Assembly: GCA_030141605.1 (NCBI GenBank)
Contig: JAQGDQ010000127.1
Location: 372,001 to 436,000 of the forward strand
Reading direction: 5' to 3'
DNA: 64,000 nucleotides
Source of the DNA: Tubiluchus corallicola
Lineage: Eukaryota; Animalia; Priapulida
The notes under the pieces are model-generated. The model was given only the letters and a program-made list of their open reading frames with translations, searched no databases and had not been told where the DNA came from. Positions 27,146-41,124 of this stretch are shown one piece after another. The translations under genes were made by a program, and so were the position numbers. Within the stretch, counting starts at the first letter, position 1, and the number at the start of each line of letters is the position of its first letter.

Positions 27146-28249
27146 TCAGAATAACTTCGATATTTGTACATAGCAAGTAGCAAATAGTTTAACCTGAATT
27201 CGATTTTGCAGCACTGCAGAAAAATTAATTGTGCGTACAAAATCAGTTGAACAATATTGCTTAATGGAGCTGTTAATGATACGTGCTACCTTGCTAAAGG
27301 TCGTTATTCTAGAAGATGAAAAGGAAATGTCATCACACATGTGAATTTTGTTGTATTTTAAAACAGGGCAATTATAAGTTATATATTCAAGACAATCTGT
27401 GATATTGTATTACATTGATAATGATGGAGGTGTTCAGGATCGATATCACCACGATCCAGAACTTTTTTAAACCCTGACCCCGTTCAGTCCCATCCCAAAC
27501 CTCTGGCCTTTTCCCATGAAGCGAACTGTAAAAAGTTCATAATATTTGAAGAAACAACTTTTACTTATCTTTAAAGTCAACGTTCTTGAAAAAATACTCC
27601 CTGAAGTTTATAAATTGAAGCTTTTTACAAAAGAGAGCTTATCGACAATAATGTGAATATTTGATTAGAGATAAAAAAGTGCAGCAAACAGCATTGGTAT
27701 TTGCCGAAATAGATGCGAACTTTTGAGGATGGCATATTATGTAGAAATAATGGAATAATTTAGATGTCTACATTTCACTTGTTTAAGCCAAACAAAACGA
27801 TCACTACAGCATAGTGCCTACGAATTCTATAGTATCTAATATATGCTGTTCAAGCTTATGATTATTGATATTGAAGCTGTGATGAGACAAAAAACAAGAA
27901 TTATTCTTTTTTTATAGAACAACACCTGCAGTTTGTCTGCATTTCTAAATAAATTGTGTAAATCTACGTCGATTTTTTTCATGATTTTATTTAGGAAATA
28001 TCACGTTATTGCTATAATTTATCTGATGACCCCAATCTGCAGTTAACCTTTCTAGGTTACAGCACTTTATTTAAGTGAATTTCTCAGATAACTTTTGTTA
28101 CACTTTCTAGTTCCGTTGGTTCTTCGTGAAATTCAGAACCCTGCTTTTGATGAGTGAATGTTGGGTATGTTCCTTTACATTAAGTAGTCGGTCCATTACA
28201 TCCCAAATCCCAGTCTTCTGTACAATGAATGTTCTGCTCACTAGAGCTT

Positions 28250-28800
28250 GACTATCTATATCTAGTCACTTGAAATGAACTGGAATTGGCTTATCTTTAA
28301 TGCAAAAAAATCCAAACTTGTACATCCTTTTCTTGCTATTGCAATACTACACTGCCTAATGTAAGTATGAATATTTCATCTCTCCCAGACTAGCCTTGTT
28401 TCATTTAATGACCTGCATTCCATCTTGGATGAGATAAGTAATTTACAAAAGTGGCTAAGGGTATTTCGAAGAGTGGGATCCTTGTATCCATACTTGGAAA
28501 TATCTAACTTCTTACGCAGTATACTCTATCTTTACAGAAACTACGTATAGGCTCATGTCTTAGTTTCTTACCTTAGCTTACTACAAACACTAATCTCTTT
28601 ATCAATTCTGTTAAATTGTTTCTTCCAAAGCAACCAACAGTTTGCTGTCGATACTCGGTTGGCTACTTCCCAGCCTTTGATGTTCCAAGATGCGACGCTT
28701 ACATGCCGACTGTGAAATTCTCCTCGAAAAAATGTTTTCTTGCTAATTGCAACCCCTCATGCTCCAAGAATAATATCAATTGACACTTCCTGTAACTAGC
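28250..28800 (+). mobile_element. Highly decayed LINE C-terminal remnant
   Basis: Motifs like FNAKKSK and AKGISKRVGSLY..YL..LYL..IG with many breaks. Confidence 0.45.
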
Positions 28801-30862
28801 AATAAGGAACCTTTTATAAAAGAATAACTGTAACGACAAAGATTGAATATTTCTTTCAACACTTTATTTAACATTTTAATTGATGTCCTTCCAGGAAGTT
28901 TTGATAACAATACATCATTTTGCTAAACCCACATATCACAAGTCAGTGCAAAAGTTATGCTTAGTCTGTCATCACATTTCTGCATACTACAAAGGATATG
29001 AAATTAACTTGTCAAAACAAAATTGGTAAATAATTGGTTATTGCTTGTTTACTTCTGATTTGAAACTGTCAACAAACAAAGGGTACAGTAAAACTAATGG
29101 ATTCTGCAGTTTTCTCTTTTTTAGAATACTATACTTAGATTTAGCAGTTTACAAAAATTATTTCACTGTGCCTGTATCTGCAGGCAAATATGTAAAAGTC
29201 AATGATTTTAAACTCTGAGTCTTAGATAATTTTCCAAACACTGAATAATATTATTACAAAACCCAAGCATAGCCTACTTACTAAACAAGCACTAGACCCC
29301 AAACTAAGAACTTTAACCACACACAGTTTTATACTTTCTTTAAATTAAAACTATATAAAAAGTATATAATACTAATATACATAACCAAACATATTAATGC
29401 AGAACACATATCTGCTAGCTGTCAGTCTGTCATACATATATATTACTAATACATATTGAGCAATTATTCCATAAACAATATAATACTAAAATCATTCAAC
29501 ACCACTTATTTTGATTCACAAGACTTGAAAACTGAGCACAATAATATATTGACGTTATAACTACAAAATCAACAAATTTTCAGTTTGACATTAAACTTAA
29601 TTTTATACCATCATAATGCTTGTTTAGACAGTTGAGATTTTTGCTAAGCAAACAGACATACAGTTACCCACAGTCTGACATTAACGATATGATTTTTGCT
29701 GTATGTTATTTCTGCAATTATTTAATACTTTATTATATATGCACTACGGTGAGTCACAGTCACATGTTTATCCTCACTTGGCAACCTCTTACTTTCAAAA
29801 GCTACGACTTAGACTAATGCTGTTTTGATTTAATATAACTAATCGCTAGAATAAATAAAAAATTCTCATAATCTACACAAAGGTCAACAATAATATTCTG
29901 CCCAAAGTAATAATGTAATTTCTGTACAGGCAGTTAATCTGATAAAACTAATGCTAGTAAGAAGATTTCTTACATATTTATTGTCAAAATTAGAAAAATT
30001 AGTAGAAATTTCTAGCTTTTCTAGCAGTTTTATAGAAAAATAACTGTGAAAAGATTAAAATTGTATAGCTTTATAGTTTACATTAACATTTTATTGCAAA
30101 TCAAAGTAAACTCACACTAAGCGCTGTTGTTAATTTGACTTAACACATTGATTTCACGTGAAATTTATGGACACATCAAGTTAAATTAAATACTGAACGA
30201 GTGCAAATAACCATAAAACTTTGATGATCACTGTCACCTAATTTATCAGGCTTCCAAGGACTGGTATCTCATCCAAATTACATGACTAGGCATTACGTAA
30301 AAGCCATCACAAATGATTATCACATCAGATCAAGTCAAAAATTTCTGATTAAGGAAAATGGTTTTACAAACTTCTTATAAAAGTAAACATTTAAAGCTAA
30401 ATGAAGAATGAAATTTTTAACATTTTTTTAATATAAAGTTAGAAACATTAAATTAAAAAGCAGTTTTGAGAATGTGAACTGAGACGAATACAATTTATAT
30501 AAAATTAAGGTTTGGATAATAGAATAAAAAGATAATTTCTAACTTAACCATACAATTCTTCAGCCACTTAGGACATTTTTTAAAGTCCTATTATAATGAA
30601 AAGTGTTTTGAGCTATAATCAAACTAAACTTCCACAAATAAAAACTAACTGAAAGCTCTTAATCAAACAACTAACGATAAACTTAAAAAAACAAAAAACA
30701 AAAAAGTAAACTTCCATATACCATCTATAGACAAATAATTTTATACACATAACAAAGAAACACATAACATTTACATAGGATTATAATAACAATGAACAAA
30801 ATCAGTGGCACTTCCGATTCATTTCATTTGAAATGCATTAAATTTAAAAATTGGAAAAAACA

Positions 30863-31665
30863 TCAAATGCTCAATTTCTCTGCAGCAGCAATTTCTGAAT
30901 TAACTTTCCATGCATTCTCCTGCTTAGCTGGGTCAGGAAAAAGTTCATCTAGAGTCTTTCTGGCATTGCTTTTTCCTGTAGGTGTTTTACTTTTTACACT
31001 TTCTGAGTTTGTAGGTGTCAAATGTTTCTTTGATTGAGTTACAAGTGAATCCGGCAATTCGTTTCTTGCCAGTGCAAAGAAATCTTCGCGAGTATCTAAG
31101 TCTCGAATGCTCTCATTATCTTCAGAACTATCACCATCTTCTTCTTCATCGGTTTCATGGCCTTCATTACTCGCCATGCCCCAGTGCACTTCCATATGAC
31201 ACATCATTGCATTACGCGAACTAGAGGAAAAACTACAGAGCGAGCACTGAAAAACATGTGACAATGTTTCACGACTACTCCCATTATCATCTATGCGCTG
31301 TACTTCAATATTACTGTCATCCAAGGCAGAAAAAACAGACGTGTGCTGCGAATCATTTCCATAACATGAATCTAGTATGATTTCATCTGGGGTTTTCTCC
31401 TGAGTTAAATTAACTGCATCTTCAGCACCACCCGATACTTTCAGCACTTTGCAGTGATATTTTGTATGGGCCCTCAAACCTTTTCGAGAAGCTAGTATTT
31501 TACCACAGAAGTCACACATCTGCTTTTTCCAGAACATTGAGCCCAACAATGGTTTATTTGGTGACGTTCCTGAATCTACAGAAGTGAACACATTTGAGGA
31601 ACACGTTAATGTAGGTGGTTCGACATGTGAATACTCCATGTTGCTTGTTGTGCTACACTGTGGAC
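30863..31665 (-). CDS. Alternative terminal zinc-finger exon (CDFC..HTKYHC; CSLC..HMEVH) of the same ZF locus
   Basis: tttag| acceptor at 31665 is phase 1 and open to the stop at 30863; compatible with the phase-1 donors at 39120 or 38099; lies beyond the stop of the long isoform. Confidence 0.75.
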
Positions 31666-32258
31666 CTAAACGAACAAATCAGTGCTAATTATATCATTAA
31701 CTAGATAGTTTTCGATACATTTGACACTCTACAAGCTGGGGTCTGGCACTCATTGTTAGGGCCTACTCAGCACAGAAGGTTATGGCATAATATTCTTTAG
31801 GATAAGACATCAGACAAGCAGAAGCATATCAGCCACATTCTAACACAACTTTGTATAAGTTCGCCTTCAACCAGGAGGTAACTGACTATGATGAATATTA
31901 ATATTAAACTCAACAGTCATTTGTTTAACTGGTCAGGCTCAACATTGCTTAAATTCGAGAAGCACACACAGTATAACCACTTAGCTGTTACCTCACTTGA
32001 ATTCTATAAACTAAGTCAATATCTCACGTTAAAATAATTTAAATAAACTCTTATCTCCTTGTTTCCATAATTCTTTTTGCAGTTAGTTGCCACAACTGAA
32101 AAACCATTTATTAGTTAGCTACTTTTTGAACTATAAGCATTTAAATGAGCTGAATTTCTCAACGAAACAGAGTAATCGGTTGTAAAAACAGAGCAAGAGT
32201 TATATAAAGATGAAACTCCTAAAAGCTGCCAATAATATCACCATTAATTTTTGTTAAG

Positions 32259-35200
32259 TTAGTATTTAGCAATGTGGGAATGTTTACCGCTATGAATGAA
32301 TATCAGATGGTGGTCCAGCTGGTCGCTGCTGTGAAAACTAATTTCACATGCCTTACACCTGTCAAAGTAAAAAAAGTATAGGTATTATATTAATGCAGTA
32401 TAACATAATGTTATATATGCAATAACATAAGTCATGTAAATTTATTACACTGAAACATCACGCACAATGCTTAATGCACAACATTTTTATGGAACCATGC
32501 AATGTCTTGTTCATTTCCTTAGCTCTACAAACTGTTTATTCAAATTACCAATGATTATTTCAAAATAGTAGAGGTAGGTACATATAATGAGTGACTCTTG
32601 AATGTACTCTTTCCATGTGTCTGTGAATGCTATGCACACTAACAAAACTCACAACACTTTTTCTGCCACTATGGTTGATATTCACTGGAAGCAATAATTT
32701 TTTTGAAGTTTCATCACGATAATTACAGCATTAGTTTATTATTCCACTATTAGAAAGAAAAGAAAGCCCAAATTTTGGGTGCATAACAAATTGCAAGTTA
32801 GAAGACAATATACTGCATAATACCACTTCGTAAAAGATCTGCGATTAGGTGAAGAAAAACAACGTAATTATACACTTACTGAATCTCTCAAAAACTCGAA
32901 TTGAAGACATATTGTGTATAGGTCTTGAAATGACCAAAACTCACTTGACCGGGAAGTCAATCAGCGAAATAAATTTAAACTACTGTACACCCATTACCTA
33001 TTATGGACCACATATCACTTGTATATGAAGTTCTACCTCAAGCCCAGTTCTAGTTGAATAAAAGGTGCAGCAGTTTATCTGCTGTGCTTCCATGTTTTTC
33101 TATATGCTTGTATTCCTCTTAGTATGATATCCTTTTTACGTGTTAATAATGTTAGTGATTTTTTCCTAGTTCACTTGAACAACTAAGGTGGTAGTTTGGA
33201 ACAATGTGCCTTTTCTTTCTATTTCCTTGTTTTTTAGTTAAGGTATTTTTTACTCATTGTCATTATTCTTAACATTAAGAATTAATCTATGTTATTAAGT
33301 CATGTCCTCACCAAATTGTTGCTCTGTTTTGAATGACCCTAACGTCTAATAAATTATGATAATACAGTATTACGTGATAGTGTATTTAATTTTCACTAAG
33401 TCTAAGACTTCACTTCAACTTTCTCAACTTCTAATTTTGCTTTTACTATTATTTATTTTCACCAGTCATTGTTATTATGAAGTTTTTGTCAAAGGTTTAC
33501 AAGTAATTTGTTTCTTAAAGTTATAATTTTGAAGAATATTCGACAGTTATGCACACAGTGTTCTCAAATGTATGGCCTGTGCAACACCTGAAACAGCATT
33601 TGGAAAAAATTGTACCAATAATAAGTAGTGACTGTACCCTTCTGATGTAAATATGATTTGATATTTACTATTTCTAAAGGTAAACTTACCGATATAAATA
33701 CTTCCAATGCTCTTTATCCCGGTGATTGATCAACGCAGCTTCTCCATCACCAATAAACTCGCACATATCACATTTTAGCTTATGATGCTGACGACGCATG
33801 TGAGTGAGCACTCTGTCCCAGTAAGTTGCTCTGTACTTACAAAACTTGCAAAGGAATGGCTTCAGTGCAACATGACGAGCTCGTATGTGTCGTTGCAAAT
33901 GCCAATTATCCATCGCGAAAAACTCGCACTGCGGACAGTTAAATTTGATGCCTTTCAATTGCTTAGTTTCTGTTGACGGCACCTGTCCTGAACTCAATTG
34001 ACTGTTTTTACTTGCTAATTTTGCTTTTGAAATTTTTACTGCCACATTATCAGAACTGCATCCACCATACAGCATATCTTCACAGCTTAACGTACTTAAT
34101 GTTTCAAACTCTGAAGGATGTCGTGTAGATATGTCAAAAGGAAACAAAGAAACCCGTTTAGAGTCTTTCTGACTATCTATGTTTTCTAATACTTTACGTT
34201 TTGAGCCATTTACATTTGGATCGGACCTCACTTCACCATTATCTTCTTCAGCCAGGATTTCACACAGCTCCCCGTTTAGCGTTGGGGTAGGTATTCCAAG
34301 CTCAGGGCCTTTGCCAACTTTTTTAATTGGACTGGGCATTTCTATTGTTGTGAAATACTTGTATCCACTAGAAACATCTCGCGGCATGCGAATGACCCTT
34401 CCTGATTCCCATGGTTCATTTGTGTGCAATCGAAGAAAATGCTTTTTGATGTGTTCCACTCTCTTGAATTTCTGTTCACAAATATAGCAAGCAAACGGTC
34501 GTTCTCCACTATGAGTCAACGCGTGTCTACGTGCCAAATCACCACGATTTGTTTCATAGCCACACACATTACACTTGTATTTCTTAGGACTTTCTTCTCC
34601 CAAGCCAGTTATAAAACCAGCTAGCTTCTTTAGCACCTTAAGCAAATGGACAACCTGTACAATTTATAAGCAAAAATGTTAATGGGTGAAGCTAATGAAC
34701 ATCAATAAAGCATAGCAAATTCACAATTTTCATGGTTCAGAAACTACGGAGTGACGTTAATTTGTCTCCGTTAATTTAAAGGCCACAAAAATGTAACAAA
34801 AAGACTGTGATTAGTTTGTGATTACTACATCGATGTATAACAAAGAAAACCCATATTCAGAATTTGAATTTTGTTGAAATGGCCAGGTCTACAAGATCTT
34901 TATGCATTTTACTTTATGCAAGTAATGCTAAATATCACAATAATTAGTTTCATCTTTTGTATTTACATGGAGTAGAACATTACTGATTACCCCATGAAAG
35001 GCATGGCTTCATTTAATAATATTCCACTGTCTGTAGGGCAACATTTTCAGATTAACACAGCAGTTTACTAGAACACGCATTACCATTGTTTAAGCATAGG
35101 GCTACTCTATTTCTTTATCCAAAGTTCTTTTGGTGTTTTTGCACTCTTAATATAGTTACCCCAACGAAGTGGGTAACTATAGAATTCTCGGTTCGGTCAG

Positions 35201-38200
35201 TCTGTCCATCTGTTGCCATTTTTTCTCGACCCTGGAGTAATGTTGGAAGTTGATAGCTTGCACAAAGGAAGGGATTCATTCAAGCTTTGAGCCAACTATA
35301 GAATTAGCAGTCCTGTCTATCTGTCTGCCTGTACATAGCCATGTTTTCTCGATTCTGGAGTAATTTAGGTAATTGATACCATGCGCAATGGTAGGGCATG
35401 GTTAAACTCGAAGAGAAGACTATAGATTTTGGGGTCAATTGGCGCAGATTTGAAATTTATACAATTTTTTTAAAATCTGTAGCTATCTTTCAGCTGCACG
35501 TGATAGATAAACACCAGTATCAGCGAAATGCTTTATGATCCATCGCGGGTATAAGATAACAACAACCATGTTATGCAGAAAACAAATTTTTGCAATAGCC
35601 TCCATGTACAATTGTACATTGTTTAGTTTAAACCCACAGAGTAGGGTATTCTATTCAGAATTTTACTTAAAGCTTTACACCCATGTGCATTGGTGTCTTG
35701 GCTGCATTGGTGCAAAAACAAAAAAAAATTAACCTTACAGTTTTGTCTGTATAAGGTTCTAATCTCAACTAACTTGATGCTCTATATGACGGTAGCTCTT
35801 CCACAGAAAGTTAGTATTATTTTAAGTGTCAATGCAGAAAACACATCTTTGCAGCAGTCAGGGAGTATGTCGATTTTATTGAGGCAACTATGTCCCTCTA
35901 GTTTATATCAAAAATAAGGAAAACTTAACACTAGCAAAGGCAATTAACTTGACATCTGGGGTAACTCTCTAAAGATTTGACTCCAAAAGAACAATTTGTA
36001 ACATATATTTATGCTACCATAGTCTATGGTCTTACCCAGATGCCAAATCATGCGATCTTGTAAAACAGGCCATACTTTCAAAGTTTGTACGACATAATTT
36101 TACATAATCTTATTATGAAGTGTATTTCTTAACTTGCATAAGCAAAATTTTGGTATAAAGTTTACAGAAAAAAATCTAAATCCTAGCCATATACACCAAT
36201 AGTAACACCACAAACAAAAAATGAAGCCAAGAGCAAACATACCTCGCCATACACTGGCACAGCTTTAATTAACTGCTGTTTGTCTACTGTTTTCTCATGA
36301 GCTGATTCAAAGTGAGCTAGCAGACCACGAATCCAAGACGTAGTAAATTCACAATGGGGGCATGAAAAACACTTGTTATTCAAGTGAACACCTAAAAATA
36401 TCATTGGATTTAGTAAAATAGCAGCAACTATAAATTTTGTGCCACCAGAAAAATCCACTGTTGTTACCACTTTTCACAGGATGTGCTTTGCATTTTTCAG
36501 TTTCGTACTTAAAAACATTATGCACTTAGTAATATCTTTTCTAAGCAATACCAAAAATTGTACTACACATAAATGTGTTTTCGAGCATGTTGCACAGTTT
36601 TTTGGTGTGGAATACTCGTTCAAGCAAAATATTACCAAGGAATTTCATTAATTTTCAGAAAGAACTTCTCAGAGTTTAAATATTTCTGAATGACAGGGAG
36701 TGTGCGATCTGTGAGACACTGCAAAATGTCACTATTGTAAACAAGTTAGCAAATTATCAGTTAACAAATGCAAATGGCAAATGTGATTAGATTGAGAATG
36801 GTGTGGTTGGGAAGTTGGTTATGGAATGCCATATATGTGTGTGTGTGTGTGTGCATGTGCGTGCGTGTGTCAGGTTTCAGTGTGGTAAAAAGTTGTAACA
36901 TTTGTCATTGTTATCACATACGTATGTGCAAAACAACAAGAAATGTTACAATTTACCACCAACAATCTTCATTAAGTTATTACTACATTTGTCATCAAAA
37001 ACAATTTAATCACAGTTAGTCGCTGCAATTTCTACCAAATCCATCATTGCCGATTTGTAGCTTTTGACACCAGTATTATAATGGCATTCCAGAATTGAAG
37101 CCCACTAGCATTGAAACCAATGGACATTTAAGAGGTATAGTCACAGCATATCCTATATACTTACGCATAATTACACAAACATCACATTGTAATACAGTAA
37201 GTCCTTGCTTAACGACTCCCAGTATAGAGACGTTTCGTTTTAACGACACTGAACATTTGACACATTTTCTCACTCAACGACACGTTTCGTTTTAACGATG
37301 ATTTTTTTACTTTGCTCACAGCCATTTTTATTTCATCAACAATGTTGTTTACCTAATTTGAAGCATTGGAATGGTACATATTGTGTTATTCTGTTCTAGA
37401 AATGCATTAGTAAACCAAACAGCTTAATTATTATAATGCTTTGGCTTCCCGACGACTATGAACTAAAGTCTAGTGGCTCTAGCCCTGTCAAGTGAGATCT
37501 ATTTGCAGATTTACATGCCTCCACATACCTGAGTTTAAACTTTATGCCAAGGAATTTTCTCTGCACATAGCTGTTGCTATAACAACCAGGTTATTACTAC
37601 ATGAAATTGTTTCAAGGTCGCTTCATACAGGCTTGGCTTTCACTACTCAGTATTTAACTGATAACTGTCTATATATAGGCTTCAACGTTAAGGAAAGAGA
37701 ACTGTGAGGAAATCCAGGTAGACATTATAGAAGGACAAGTGGTTTCAAGCAAACAGAAAGAAATTAATCAGTAGACATATGAATATCACACACAAAACAT
37801 TTAATTTACATGATTTAAGAAGTATTGATTTTGCTTCTTGAACGTTCCCCAATTCTTTTACATTACTTTCTACGGAAATGTTGGTTTCATTTAATGACGT
37901 TTCTCTTAATGCCACGTTTTTCTGTGATGCATTAGCATTGTTACACTTACTGTAACAACACTTCAGAAACTAACAGATAAGTGCAAAAAAGTCATTACAC
38001 ACGTTATAAGCAAAAACATATACAGGAAATCTAAACCAATTTTGTCATGCTGTTCAGTCTATACATACAAACCACTACTGCTACAAATAAAGGCTTACCA
38101 ATGTAGTGTTCAGCAACATGGGATGGACCACCATGCATTGGACAGCTGACACAATGGAATTCCTTAGATGTAGGATTATACCGAGCAACCTTTGATGCAT

Positions 38201-39761
38201 TGCAAGACAAGCCTAGAGGACTTTCAATTAATCCATCCAAATCCGTAAACACTGAAGCGCCAGCAGCCAGACTAGCTAGGTCTGGAAGTATAGAAACATA
38301 GTAGAAACGTAAGTATAGAAACATACCTTTTAAAATGACTCAAATGAACTAATGCAGAAACAATAAAAATGCAAAGGTATTAAAGATTGTAATACTTCAA
38401 AGAAGCAACTTCAAAAAGTTACAGACTCTGTGGCAGCTTTTTGTTTCCACATAGGAATTATTTTCGTTACTAAAATCAATGTAATGTTAAAAATCGTTAA
38501 AAATAGAAATAATAAAAAACAAATTTTTCTTTTTCAACTTGGATGTTTTAAGTACACATACCACTAAGGCTCCCTGTAAACTAGTCACAGTTTCAGCAAT
38601 CATGTAAACTAACAAACAACACAAGCTAAATGCATTACAGAAGCTATAATGTTAAATTGGCGAGCACAGATTATTTATATTAACCACTCTTCTTATGAGA
38701 AAAGACTTTTAAAGTAGAAGGGATTTTGTTTATGAATCTGTATTTCAAGATTTGCAAACATCACTATTAAATAATGTCTTCCATTTACTTTTAGAAATGG
38801 TAGAAATTGCAAAGCCAAAACATAATGTTCCTTTATAAAGGATTATGAGAGTATTTGCTATTTTTCAGTAAGAGCTAAAAATACTGTTAGAACAACAAAC
38901 TTATATATTGTTCCTGTTGACCTTTATTAGCAGCATCTAAACAAAGCTACATTATCATTGTCAGTGTGGCATACTAGACAGAAGTGCAAAATAAACAAGC
39001 AAGAGTTCTAAAGAAAACATGAGACCACTAAATGCACTTAGTCCATAGAAAAGTTGTTAATTATTTATACTGACATACTTGTACGGTTTTCATAGATCTC
39101 GCACAATGTTTTATCCTACCTGTCTCATCACTTATTTCAGATGCAGCATCATCATTTTCAAACTGATGATAAGACGACAAGCTGTATTCGGAATTGACAA
39201 GTCTTTCTGACACATCATATCGATCATTACTGGTACCAGTACCATTTGTTTGACTGCTTCCTTGTAAATCCTGCTAAGTTACAAATGAAAAAGTCATTAT
39301 TAAGTTAGTTATTGCTGTATGGCAAGTCTTGCAAAAGCAAAACACAGCTTTTGGCAAAGAACAACCAGCAAGCAAATGCCTATGTAATAGCTAGTTGCCT
39401 AAACATTTGCCAATATTCAGATTATCTACAAAAAAGAGCAAATTCTGCAAGGCATTAGATATCAGATATTAAAAACAAAACAAACTCATCAGCCATTAAA
39501 CTTTGCTTAGAATAGCAAGATTACGCCAAATTACGGAAATTTTAAAGTGCTTTAAATAGCCTATTATTAGAACAAATAACAAACCTTTCCACTCAAAGTA
39601 TGATCAACAGCATGAAGAAACTTCTGACTACCAGATGTTTCTACAGCCTCAGGTTTTACTGCAATGTATTCAGCAAGTGCTTGGGTGCCATCAGGATCTT
39701 CTTCTGGATCAGTTGGCTCAACTTTGACTATTAAATTTTCCGTTCCTTCCAAGCCATCCAT
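32259..39761 (-). CDS. C2H2 zinc-finger transcription factor, long isoform (about 8 fingers)
   Basis: Phase-consistent exons (-): 39761-39585 (MDGLEG..IVKVEP..VKPE), 39273/39270-39120, 38281-38099, 36391-36243, 34654-33690 (five C2H2 fingers, HSGERPF linker), 32358-32259 (R-CKACEISFHSSDQLDHHLIFIH..TAA). AATAAA on the minus strand at ~32112. Confidence 0.85.
35151..35665 (+). mobile_element. Helentron/DINE-1-like non-autonomous element (tentative)
   Basis: 5' stem tatagttaccc-N9-gggtaactata, followed by ctgtccatctgt / ctgtctatctgtctg short repeats and a 3' accc..gggt stem. Confidence 0.45.
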
Positions 39762-41124
39762 GCCCTGGCATTATTTCCTAAAGCACGTAAAAGTCGGATG
39801 ATTAAATCGCTAAACTCCTTCACCACCACTTCTAAACAAATAATCCTGAATAAATAAGACGAAAAATTATTTTAAAAAATCATGATAAAGCATTATTATG
39901 TTTAGTGTTTATAACATTACAAACAAATTGAAACATTATTATACTAAAGCACCAAATTAAAAGTGCACGTACACACATACCTTAGCACTGGTTACTGTAG
40001 ACCAATTTTGTGATAATATGCAATAGGCTATAGTACCTGAAAAAGTTGAAAAAGTCTTTTAAATGCAAAATACATAGTAATAAATTTCGAACAGGTTTCA
40101 AGCTCTAACTTCTAGCTTCGAAGAATCAGTTTTTCGCTAGCTAAAGTCAAGAAAGAGTTCATAAATACGATAATGCACAAATGTTGCACGCTACAGCAGA
40201 GCTTTTTCACCCATGAGATGCTAAAGACTTAACCATGATCAAATCAATTGTAAACTTATAGTACACCTAACTAGGTACATACATGTATTATTCTAGCAGA
40301 CTCTCTTTAACAAAAATTGCAAGCTTTCAAACTTGCACACTTTAATACAAGCGATTGCTTTCAAAAGTAACTACTCTTAAAATGCATACATTATCTAGAA
40401 AGAAAGCTTGCAACTAATAGAAAAAACAATAACAATGTTGAATGATCCAGTCTTGACTGCCAATCAGAATTCATTTAATGTTAATCTCAGTATTCATTTA
40501 ATGTTAGTCAATTCTGATAGTTAATGCTGTAAGTCGGAGGCGAAAATGACTAGGCATTTCACAAAATTTGCCACAAAAGGTGACAAAGGACATCCATTGT
40601 GTTACCATTAAGCGTACTAAGACAATATAGATTTCTCAGATTTTGAGCTCAATTATTGATGGTACTTTCAAGCCTAATAAGAAAGCAGAATAATATCAGA
40701 ACTTCAGCTCGCATTTGGTAAGCCAGAAAAAACAGTAGGAACATTTTTCAAAAAAGTTTTTTTATTCTTACTCCTTCGAAAAAACTACGATTGTCTGACC
40801 TAGAACTTTTTGGTGCCATTCTGTTAATAGTATGCATCACAGTGCCTCCTATAGAGTGGCCAGCAGACACAGACAAGGTTAAAATTTGTATTTTTTATAA
40901 ACATATTTTTAATTTTATATTGTAAAGCCTGAGGTAAACAGTCTAAATAAACTAATTTGTACCCAGCTTATACAAACATCTAAAATTACATAGTACGTAC
41001 GGGTATAAATATACACTAAAGCATAGAGGACATTACATTATAAAAAAGTGTATTATACTCTGTAAGCACACTAATTTCTAACTAATTTAACTGCTAAAGC
41101 ACTGAATATCAAAATGACCAATTT

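Noticed and set aside
33686-34645. Stand-alone 319-aa ZF gene as in the ORF track
   Set aside because: It is bounded by an acceptor (34654) and a donor (33690), so it is an internal exon.
37193-37952. Tigger-like element (tacagtaagt...acttactgta)
   Set aside because: Only ~8 bp of TIR match; too weak to call.
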